From: Thermoplasmatota archaeon
GTDB lineage: Archaea; Thermoplasmatota; JAKEGO01
Assembly: GCA_028279595.1 (NCBI GenBank)
Contig: JANQNK010000008.1
Coordinates: 32,001-96,000, forward strand
DNA length: 64,000 nt
Direction of reading: 5' to 3'
Below, in pieces: positions 55,942-64,000 of this stretch. Made by a program: the position numbers and the translations under genes. Under the pieces are notes generated by a model. It had not been told where the DNA came from. It saw only the letters and a list, made by a program, of their open reading frames with translations, and ran no database searches. Each line of letters opens with the position of its first letter. Position 1 is the first letter of the stretch.

Positions 55942-56244
55942 TCAAAGGAAAAGGATTTCCCTATAGAGATGGCCCGTGTCGATAAGGTAGATCAGGAGTA
56001 GGACTTGGAGGAACAGGATCGCCATCGCCTTCACGATGAAGCTCGCTTTCCTCGTCTTGTGATGGAAGGCGGCCATCCCGATGAAGATGCCTGCGATGCC
56101 CCCGACGAGCCCGATGGTGAGGAGTGTGGCCTCTGGGATGCGCCGTCTCCGGCGTCTGGCCTTGGACTTGTCAACGCCCATTGCCACGAGACCGACCACA
56201 TTGATGACGATGAGATAGTACAGGAGATACCTTTCGAGCATCAT
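55942..56244 (-). CDS. DUF1294-family membrane protein
   Basis: MGVDKSKA..RRIPEATL..GG..G..HHKTRK; start uncertain. Confidence 0.85.
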   Translation of the reverse strand: MMLERYLLYYLIVINVVGLVAMGVDKSKARRRRRRIPEATLLTIGLVGGIAGIFIGMAAFHHKTRKASFIVKAMAILFLQVLLLIYLIDTGHLYREILFL

Positions 56245-56370
56245 CGTCGATATGGACCACCTGGTCATAATGCTTTCAGTGGAAAACCTCACATTTCCCT
56301 GAAAAAGCACTGGCCATAAAGGATAAGTAGCCAGGACCCGATACAGCTACAATGAGTTGGGGGACTCAGT

Positions 56371-59300
56371 ATGGGGATTATTCTAATTGAGAAGGATAGC
56401 GACAGCTCCGAGAGCGAGGACACCGTCACCATCTCGATCCAGGAGGCGGTCGACAAGCTCGAGGACCTGGAGAAGAAGTTGGAACAACCGGTGGAGACGA
56501 CAGCTACACCAGATAACGGTTTCACTGACCTCGATGACGAAGGACCGGTGGATGGTCTGGAAGATGAGCCAGAACTACCTCCGAAAGACCCTGATGAGGG
56601 GCCTGAGCAGGCACCCGATGATATTCCCGAAGGGCCAGATGTCCCGAGGAAGACTAAGAAACCCACCCCCTCGAAGGGTTGGCTCTCAGGGAGCTTCAGC
56701 CAGAAGGAGACCATCGGCATCGTCGTGCTGTTCCTCATCGGCATCGTCGCGGCAGCGTTCATCCTGGCGGTCCCCCCCGAGGACAGGATGCGGATGGACG
56801 GCGAGTTCGACGACTGGGACGATGCGAACAGGGTCTCCGACGACACCATGGACGTCGATAAGGCGGGGATCGACATCGTGTCCACCGCCATCAAGTCCGA
56901 GAACTCTCACCTCTACTTCCTCATCGAAGTTAGGGGGACGATCTTCCCTTCGGGTGAAGGCGGACAGATGGCACACATCTTCATCGACAGCAACGGGAAC
57001 CAGGACGGTTACTCGATCATGGGTATCTATGCGGACTACATGGTGGAGGTCTACGGCGAGAACGGCAAGGTCCGTTCCTCGTCCTACTTCAAGTTCATGC
57101 CCATGGACAATTCGTCCAGATCGCAGATGAACTGGAACAACTGGACGTACCTTGGAGGCGTGGAAGCCGCGGCCGAGGGAGACATGCTCGAGGTGGGGAT
57201 GCCCTACCACAACGGGGATGACGCAAAGGTGCTCTTCCACATGTCCGACACCGAGGGTAACCAAGACACCTCGTGGATCCTCCCGATCAAGAGCGGTGCG
57301 GACCATGTCCCGATTATGGTGGAGAGTGGACCGACGCTGCCAGTTGGCTCTAATCTCACGGAGGGTGAACATACCCTGCTCGAGATAACTCTCGAATCGG
57401 TCAGGGGGTCATCGACCGTCGAATCGATCTCCATCGCTCACAAGGGGAATGCCCTCGATGAGGATATCGGGACCCTGACCCTTGTTTCGGCAGGAACCCC
57501 GATCGCATTCTCCAGCATTGTGAACGGCACCGCGACCTTCGACCTGAACAAGTTCGAGTTCATGGACCGCACCACGCTCTACGTCGATGTGGAGGTCATG
57601 GCCTCGGGTTCGGAAAGGGTACTGGACCTCGCCCTGGACAAGGTGCGCTCGAGCGCAGCGACGACGACATACGATGTCGAGAATGGCGCATGGTATCTGA
57701 TCGGACCTTCACAGTATTACCGCATAGACGGTCTGTTCGCCGAATGGAACGACACGGGACTCGATCCCGTCGGAGATGCTCCGGCGGACATCGATATCGA
57801 CGGTTACAAGGCAGCCCGAACCGACTTCAGCACCTATTTCTATCTCTCGGTGGACGGAGAGATGGCCGCAGGCACCCAGGTTCCGCTCAGGAGCCCCGTG
57901 GTGGTCCCGGGAGCCGTGGGATCGCAGGACCAGCGACCGCTTCCGGTGATGACCGGAGAGGACGCGGTCTATATATTCCTCGAGGTCCAACCTGCGGTCT
58001 TCGGCTACCACCCAGCAGGATTCCCCGTTACCGCGAACAGGATGGTCAGGATAGCCGGGATTGACGGCGAGGTGACGACGACGGAGTACTTCAGTTTCGC
58101 CGGGACGGACCCGCTGGATTGGGCATGGGATGAGATACATACCCCAGTGAACGCTGCGGTCAACGGGGACAGCATGGAATCCTCCCTGAACATGGACCTG
58201 CAGGAGTTCCAGGCGTACTTCCACATCGTGGATTGGCGCAATGGATCGGGGGATTTCTCCGAGGACGTCGTGACGATATCGAAGCTTGCTGGCATCGACG
58301 ATCCCTTTGCGATAACCATCGACGGAGCCGCCTATCAGTCACTCACCGGCGAGAACTGGACCTCCCTCAATTCTCCGGGGTCCGGACAGACGTTCGTGAG
58401 CACCGCCGCAGGCTCCGGAACGACGGCCGGATACCTCTATGTCCTGAGAAGCGACGGAGCGGTATTCGTCACGAGGAACGCGGTGGACGGTTGGTATCGG
58501 TATGGCTACGGCGCTCCCGGTCTGCCGGCATCGGACACGTTCGTCGATATCGCGGTCGGCTCGGGGACCACTGTTGGTTACGTCTACATTCTGAGAGCTG
58601 ACGGGACCGTCTATGTTACCAGGAATGCCGTGGACGGCTGGTACGAGTACGGTTACAATTCACCGGACCTCCCTGACAGCGACGGCTACGTCGGAATTGC
58701 TGCTGGCTCCGGTACGACCGCCGGTTACGTCTACGTCCTCCGGAACGACGGAGCGACGTTCTTCACATCGAACGGCGTCGGTGGATGGGGACAGTACGGT
58801 TACGGCTCACCGACCATCCCGTCGTCGACGGCCTATGTCGATATCGCAGCAGGGACCGGGAACACTGCAGGTTACATCTATGTTCTCGAAAACGACGGCG
58901 ATGTCTACGTCGCACGGAACGGTGTCGAGGGATGGTATCAATGGGGCTACGGTGAACCGGACATCGATCCGAGCTCCGCATACGTGGAGATCGACGTCAA
59001 TGACAACGGCGACGCCTACGTTCTGAGGAACGATGGCAACGTATACTTCAGTGACAGTGCCGTGCAGGGGTGGTACAGATACGGATATGGCAGTCCGGCG
59101 CTGACGTCGAGCTCAGGCTACGTCGGTGTCGCCGCTGGATCTGGTAACACTATCGGTTACACATATCTGCTCAACAATGACGGAACGGCATATGTCACGA
59201 GGAATGCCGTGGACGGATGGTACGAGTACGGTTACGGAAGCCCGTACCTGCTCACTGTCTCCTCCTTCGTCGACATCGCCTCCGATACCGGCGCCGTATT

Positions 59301-60030
59301 CACGCTCAGGAACAACGGTAGCGTCTACAGGTCGGACAACGGGTCCGCATGGAGCCACCTCGCGGACGCGGGGACGGACACGTCGTGGACCTCCATCGCT
59401 TCCGGTGAGATAGCGCACATCTTCACCATGAGGAACGACGGGACCGTCGTTCGGATCCATAACACGACGGGCTCGATAACGTCGTGGGGGGATTGCGGTT
59501 CGGATACATCATGGGTCTCCCTCGCGTCCGATGGAACCTATCTGTACGCTCTGAGGGCGGATGGGACCACGGCCTATTCGAGTGTTTCTACGGCGAGCTG
59601 GTCGTCGAAGGGCGACGCCGGGACCGGGGGCTCATGGGTATCGATAGGAACGCTCTCTGGCGAGACCTACGTCTACGCAATGCGGAACGACAGGAGCGTC
59701 TATCGTTCCCTTACAGGAACGTCAACCACCTGGACGTCTTGGGCACCCGCAGGTTCCGACACCTCATGGGTCTCGATCGCGGTGAGTCCGAACTACGTAT
59801 TCGCCCTTCGTTCCGACGGCAGGGTGGACAGAGCTACCCAGGCGCCAAGCCCGGTCTGGAACACATCATTCGGAAACCTGGGAGACGATGGTGCCGTCGC
59901 CCTAGACACGATAGTCAGCGAACTGGCGTTCATGCTCCTCCCGATATTCATGCTTGTCGCGGTGACGCACTTCAACAGACGGAGGAGGAATAAATCGAAT
60001 TCAAGGTCAAACAGAGGTGATGGAAGATGA
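56371..60030 (+). CDS. Surface protein with two DG.F..W-initiated beta-sandwich domains and ~12 tectonin-like beta-propeller repeats; TM segments near both ends
   Basis: Acidic N-terminus then TM; MDGEFDDW and IDGLFAEW; repeats YVLRxDGxVYxxxNxVxGWY; C-terminal hydrophobic helix followed by RRRR. Confidence 0.8.
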   Translation: MGIILIEKDSDSSESEDTVTISIQEAVDKLEDLEKKLEQPVETTATPDNGFTDLDDEGPVDGLEDEPELPPKDPDEGPEQAPDDIPEGPDVPRKTKKPTPSKGWLSGSFSQKETIGIVVLFLIGIVAAAFILAVPPEDRMRMDGEFDDWDDANRVSDDTMDVDKAGIDIVSTAIKSENSHLYFLIEVRGTIFPSGEGGQMAHIFIDSNGNQDGYSIMGIYADYMVEVYGENGKVRSSSYFKFMPMDNSSRSQMNWNNWTYLGGVEAAAEGDMLEVGMPYHNGDDAKVLFHMSDTEGNQDTSWILPIKSGADHVPIMVESGPTLPVGSNLTEGEHTLLEITLESVRGSSTVESISIAHKGNALDEDIGTLTLVSAGTPIAFSSIVNGTATFDLNKFEFMDRTTLYVDVEVMASGSERVLDLALDKVRSSAATTTYDVENGAWYLIGPSQYYRIDGLFAEWNDTGLDPVGDAPADIDIDGYKAARTDFSTYFYLSVDGEMAAGTQVPLRSPVVVPGAVGSQDQRPLPVMTGEDAVYIFLEVQPAVFGYHPAGFPVTANRMVRIAGIDGEVTTTEYFSFAGTDPLDWAWDEIHTPVNAAVNGDSMESSLNMDLQEFQAYFHIVDWRNGSGDFSEDVVTISKLAGIDDPFAITIDGAAYQSLTGENWTSLNSPGSGQTFVSTAAGSGTTAGYLYVLRSDGAVFVTRNAVDGWYRYGYGAPGLPASDTFVDIAVGSGTTVGYVYILRADGTVYVTRNAVDGWYEYGYNSPDLPDSDGYVGIAAGSGTTAGYVYVLRNDGATFFTSNGVGGWGQYGYGSPTIPSSTAYVDIAAGTGNTAGYIYVLENDGDVYVARNGVEGWYQWGYGEPDIDPSSAYVEIDVNDNGDAYVLRNDGNVYFSDSAVQGWYRYGYGSPALTSSSGYVGVAAGSGNTIGYTYLLNNDGTAYVTRNAVDGWYEYGYGSPYLLTVSSFVDIASDTGAVFTLRNNGSVYRSDNGSAWSHLADAGTDTSWTSIASGEIAHIFTMRNDGTVVRIHNTTGSITSWGDCGSDTSWVSLASDGTYLYALRADGTTAYSSVSTASWSSKGDAGTGGSWVSIGTLSGETYVYAMRNDRSVYRSLTGTSTTWTSWAPAGSDTSWVSIAVSPNYVFALRSDGRVDRATQAPSPVWNTSFGNLGDDGAVALDTIVSELAFMLLPIFMLVAVTHFNRRRRNKSNSRSNRGDGR

Positions 60031-63000
60031 AGGCATTTTGGATACTGTTAAGCATGATAGTCATTGTCATGCTGCTTGCATCCGGTACAGCACCGGGTGA
60101 GACATGGTCGCAGTCGACGGACACTGATTTCGGAGCCGGTGAAACGATCGGGACCGTGATATCGGATGGCTCGGTAGAGCTGGATATGGCACCAGTCCTG
60201 AATTGGATGAACACGAGCGCCATCAATTCCGACGTCTACGGGAGGATGGTCTCGACCGCAGGCGACGTCAACGGGGACGGGTGCGATGATCTGATGGCAT
60301 ACAGGTCATCCGATGGAGGGACAGTTGACCTCTATTACGGTGACTTTTCCTCTCTCTCGGGTTCCCCCGATTGGAGTTACTCGGGCGGTAGTGGAGCCGG
60401 CTTCTTCGGGCTTTCGATGGACGGAGGAGGCGACGTGAACGGCGATGGATACGACGACATCCTCATCGGAGATTACGGCAACGATTCCGTCGCAACCGAT
60501 GCTGGAATGGTCCATGTGTTCTATGGTTCCGCTTCAGGCATCCAGATCGACAACCGATGGAACGCGACCGGCAACGGCACCAAGGACGACCGTTTCGGAA
60601 GCTCGGTCTCCTTCGCGGGGGACGTGAACGGGGACGGTTACGACGACATCCTGGTAGGTGAGCCCCGATTCGGCGAAGTGGGAGACAACGAGGGAAGGAC
60701 CTACCTGTTCCTCGGTTCCGCAACCGGACCATCCGCAACCTGGGATTGGAACACGACCGGTGGTTATGCCCTAGCCCAGTATGGAGGCTCCGTCTCGGGT
60801 TCTGGTGACGTCAACGGGGATGGGTACGACGACGTTGTGATCGGTGCTTCGAGGAACCGAAGCAATCGAGGGTGTGTCCATGTATTCCTGGGATCGGCCT
60901 CGGGTCTCTCAACGGATCCGGCGATCATAATCGATGGAGAAGAGTCGGGCCAGGTGTTCGGTTCGACCGTTGCCGGTGTCGGAGATGTCAACGGGGATGG
61001 GTATGACGACATCCTGGTCGGAGTGCCCTACAACGACGAGGTACATCCCAACGGGGGCAAGATCAACGTCTACCCGGGGTCGATCGATGGGATCCGAATG
61101 GAACCGTTGTGGACAGTTCACGGAAGGTTCGAGAGTGATATCCTCGGGGCCAGCAATATCCGGGCCACGGGCGACCTGAACCAGGACGGATACGATGACC
61201 TCCTGATCGGTTCGCCGAACGATGATTCGAACGATGGCGTCGGTACCGTGTACCTCTTCCTCGGTTCTAGCCTTGGTCCTACTCCGGGACCAGTCTGGTC
61301 AATGGGAGGCGAGAGTTCCGGAGACCGGTTCGGGTATGCCGTCTCGGGTGTTGGCGACATCGACGGTGACGGATTCCCGGGTTTCCTGATAAGCGCGGAT
61401 ATGAGCGACGAGAAGGACGGCAACGCGGGAAAGGTCTATCACTACGAGATGTCCGATGTCGAGATCGACTCTATTTCTCAATTCTGGTACTTCAATGCGA
61501 CCGTGGGAGACGACAGACGGTTCGCCGATGAGGTCAAGGTGATCGGGGACGTCAATGCTGACGGATATTCCGACGTTGCCGTTGCCCATGCGAATTACGG
61601 TTGGGTGCACGTCTATCATGGATCACCCTCGGGGCCAAGCCCTATCCCCGATTGGAGTAAAAGCGGGAATTCTACCGGAGAAGCATACGGTAGTGGCATC
61701 GGTGCCGGAGATGTCAACGGAGATGGTTACTTCGACCTGATCGTCGGTGCACTCGCCAACGATGAGAACGGCTCATGGGGTGGAATGGCATACGTGTACC
61801 TCGGATCCGATCAGGGGCTCGAGACCACGGCCCATTGGAACGTCTCCGGAGCTCCGTCATCGGAGCTGGGTCGGTCCGTTGCCGGTGGTGATATCAATGG
61901 TGACGGTTACGACGATATCCTGATCGGCGCCTCGGGTAATAATTCCAATAGAGGGGTCACATACCTGTTCTATGGCGGTCCTAACAGACCGGCAAAGATC
62001 GCGGATTGGAAGCGTGAAGGTAGTTCCACAAGCGACAAGCATGGATATCTGGTAACCGTCGTTGGAGACCGCGATGCCGATGGTTACGAGGATTTCCTGG
62101 TATCGAATGACGCCTACAATTCATACTCGGGTATAGTATGGCAATACTTCGGGAGCGAGACCTCCGTAGATGAAAGTTCCAGCAGGACCGGTGAATCGTC
62201 AGGTGATCAATACGGTGTATCGATGTCGGGGATCGGGGACGTCAATGGTGACGGCTATGACGACATCGCGATCGGCGCTCCTTACAATGACAGCGGAGGG
62301 ATAAGCGCAGGCAAGGTCTACATTACCTACGGCGGACTGTTGTCACCGTCGCTGGAACCTGACCGGACCATCCAGGGAGGCCTTGGGGACAGACTCGGTG
62401 GGGCGGTGAGCGGAGGGGACATCAATGGTGATGGTTTCGACGACCTCGCTGTCGGACACCAAACTTCAGACTCCGATCCCGTGCTGATCTACTTTGGTTC
62501 GGAGGACGGGGTAAGAACGTACCCTGACGTCCGGATCACCCCTGGATTCAGGAGTCGGATGTTCGGAGGCCAATTGGCATGCGGGGACGTGACCAACGAC
62601 GGGATAGATGAAATCATCAACGGGGATCCCAGGGCCGGCAACCCGGCCCGCGGAAGGGTCACCGGCCATGGCCTCCCGCTCCGCTTACATTACGGATACT
62701 ACATCTCTGGCATCTTCAACATTGACGACAAGTCCGTTGTCTGGGACAGGGTAGATTGGGATCCCGGGTCCGTTCCGGACGGCACGGATGTGGCCTTCCA
62801 GATCGGGGTCAGCGACGATGCGACACATTGGACGTTCTACGGGCCTGACGGAACCGATGGAACCTGGTTCTCGGGAGCCAGCATCGATGTGCCCGGAGGT
62901 GCGCGAGGTGAATACTGGCGCTACAGGATGCGTCTGGAAGGTCTCTCAGCTGTCTCGCCTGTCGTGGACAGTGTAAGTGTCCATTATTCGACCTACGAGG

Positions 63001-63527
63001 AACCGGATGTCATGCTTGGCTCACCCAACGGTGGGGAGGACCTCATGGAGGGAGGATCCCACATCGTCACCTGGAGTACGACGGGGGATGTCGAGCCCGT
63101 CGTCGCCCTCCATTACTCCACCGACGGAGGGACCTCGTGGCAGGAGATCGCTGCAGAGACCTCCGATACCGGACATTACAACTGGTCCGTTCCGAGCGTG
63201 GAGACGGCCACGGGGCTTGTGAGGGTGACCGCCTATGGGATGGACGGAACGATGGTGATGGACGTCTCGGACATGACGTTCGCGATCGATCCACCGGCGA
63301 ACTGGCAGTTGCCGGGATCCGGAAGCGGTGACGGTACCGGAGATGGGACTGGTGGTGGAGATCAGACTGGAACTCCAGACCGGACGATCTCGTCCGATGA
63401 CAAGGCTGAGGTCGGAGCTCTATGGATCGCCATTGCGGTCGAAGGCATTGCCATTGCCGTATTGTCGATCATTCTCATTGTTCTCGTAATCAGAAAGATG
63501 GAGTTCAAGAGGAGGAGAAAGAGATGA
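60027..63527 (+). CDS. FG-GAP (integrin-alpha-like) repeat surface protein with C-terminal TM
   Basis: About 14 GDVNGDGYDD-type repeats with FG..V and GAP motifs; SPNGGE Ig-like domain; TM followed by KRRRKR. Confidence 0.92.
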   Translation: MKAFWILLSMIVIVMLLASGTAPGETWSQSTDTDFGAGETIGTVISDGSVELDMAPVLNWMNTSAINSDVYGRMVSTAGDVNGDGCDDLMAYRSSDGGTVDLYYGDFSSLSGSPDWSYSGGSGAGFFGLSMDGGGDVNGDGYDDILIGDYGNDSVATDAGMVHVFYGSASGIQIDNRWNATGNGTKDDRFGSSVSFAGDVNGDGYDDILVGEPRFGEVGDNEGRTYLFLGSATGPSATWDWNTTGGYALAQYGGSVSGSGDVNGDGYDDVVIGASRNRSNRGCVHVFLGSASGLSTDPAIIIDGEESGQVFGSTVAGVGDVNGDGYDDILVGVPYNDEVHPNGGKINVYPGSIDGIRMEPLWTVHGRFESDILGASNIRATGDLNQDGYDDLLIGSPNDDSNDGVGTVYLFLGSSLGPTPGPVWSMGGESSGDRFGYAVSGVGDIDGDGFPGFLISADMSDEKDGNAGKVYHYEMSDVEIDSISQFWYFNATVGDDRRFADEVKVIGDVNADGYSDVAVAHANYGWVHVYHGSPSGPSPIPDWSKSGNSTGEAYGSGIGAGDVNGDGYFDLIVGALANDENGSWGGMAYVYLGSDQGLETTAHWNVSGAPSSELGRSVAGGDINGDGYDDILIGASGNNSNRGVTYLFYGGPNRPAKIADWKREGSSTSDKHGYLVTVVGDRDADGYEDFLVSNDAYNSYSGIVWQYFGSETSVDESSSRTGESSGDQYGVSMSGIGDVNGDGYDDIAIGAPYNDSGGISAGKVYITYGGLLSPSLEPDRTIQGGLGDRLGGAVSGGDINGDGFDDLAVGHQTSDSDPVLIYFGSEDGVRTYPDVRITPGFRSRMFGGQLACGDVTNDGIDEIINGDPRAGNPARGRVTGHGLPLRLHYGYYISGIFNIDDKSVVWDRVDWDPGSVPDGTDVAFQIGVSDDATHWTFYGPDGTDGTWFSGASIDVPGGARGEYWRYRMRLEGLSAVSPVVDSVSVHYSTYEEPDVMLGSPNGGEDLMEGGSHIVTWSTTGDVEPVVALHYSTDGGTSWQEIAAETSDTGHYNWSVPSVETATGLVRVTAYGMDGTMVMDVSDMTFAIDPPANWQLPGSGSGDGTGDGTGGGDQTGTPDRTISSDDKAEVGALWIAIAVEGIAIAVLSIILIVLVIRKMEFKRRRKR

Positions 63528-64000
63528 GGATCAATTGGACGTTAGTAGTGATGGCACTCTTCGCTTTCGCCCTGTTGGGGATAGTGGAGGCTGACACGAT
63601 CACCCACACATCGGACATCGATTTCGAAGGTGGTGTTTTCGACAGGACCGAGGTCTACGGATCAGGACAGGATGCCGTCATACGGAGTGAATTCATCCCG
63701 AGCGGGAACTGGGATGAGTACGCAGGCGAGATCGAGGAGAGGAAGGACCACGCGATGGTCTACGATTCGGGAGCGGACCGGATCATCGTATTCGGCGGAT
63801 GGGACGAGGAGTGCGATAAGGACGATACATGGATGTATGATGTGACCACGAACACGTGGGAACTGAGGAACCCGACGGTCTCGCCACAGGGGAGAACCGA
63901 CCATAGTATGGTATACCACCCGGAAGCTGAAAGGACCGTTCTTTTCGGTGGTTTCGGCTACAATCGGAACGTGCGATTCGATGACACCTGGACATACGAT
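63524..64000 (+). CDS. Secreted Kelch-repeat protein, 5' part; runs off the window edge
   Basis: Hand translation MRINWTLVVMALFAFALLGIVEADTITHTSDIDFEGG...RKDHAMVYDSGADRIIVFGG...DDTWMYD...RTDHSMVY..VLFGG..DDTWTYD; ATGA overlap. Confidence 0.88.
   Translation, partial: MRINWTLVVMALFAFALLGIVEADTITHTSDIDFEGGVFDRTEVYGSGQDAVIRSEFIPSGNWDEYAGEIEERKDHAMVYDSGADRIIVFGGWDEECDKDDTWMYDVTTNTWELRNPTVSPQGRTDHSMVYHPEAERTVLFGGFGYNRNVRFDDTWTYD

Noticed and set aside
51000-56300. Intact integrative element or provirus at tRNA-Leu
   Set aside because: No integrase, transposase, replication or virion genes recognised
60027-63527. True integrin or eukaryotic signature protein
   Set aside because: No thigh/calf domains, no GFFKR tail and no beta subunit recognised; FG-GAP repeats are widespread in prokaryotes
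1-64000. Selenocysteine/pyrrolysine readthrough or frameshifted pseudogenes
   Set aside because: Recognised genes appear full length and I noticed no in-frame stop splitting a domain; not exhaustively tested

Overview
This is a GC-rich archaeal chromosomal window, most consistent with an uncultured Thermoplasmatota/Thermoplasmata lineage (archaeal AspRS, Ogg, RPA, DUF5611, PGF-CTERM-type anchors, TATA promoters); the taxonomy is an inference. It contains housekeeping and stress genes (FprA-rubredoxin-ferritin-like, Lrp-SfsA, ArsC, Ogg, CopA, AspS, PyrH, CutA, FolP, THUMP-less ThiI, a COG2403/ArcE-like P-loop ligase, MscS), one tRNA-Leu(TAG), and many large modular surface proteins. The main candidate for a new system is a family of three single-chain 'receptor-transcription factors' (1400, 2044 and 410 aa). 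Each joins a signal peptide and a variable ectodomain (beta-helix, PKD/Ig-like or FN3) to a conserved bipartite membrane segment and a cytoplasmic tandem winged-helix domain. The two giant tandem paralogs also share an upstream DNA motif (AGATTGGAAC-N3-TCTTTA) next to their TATA boxes. A second oddity is the tRNA-Leu locus, which is surrounded by copies of its own 3' and 5' ends joined to hairpins; a 48-bp direct repeat brackets a neighbouring Fe-S gene like a cassette. The window ends in an operon of three different beta-propeller surface proteins (tectonin-like, FG-GAP/integrin-alpha-like, Kelch). No CRISPR array, rRNA, integrase, transposase or reverse transcriptase was seen. All family calls come from motif recognition by eye, not database searches.
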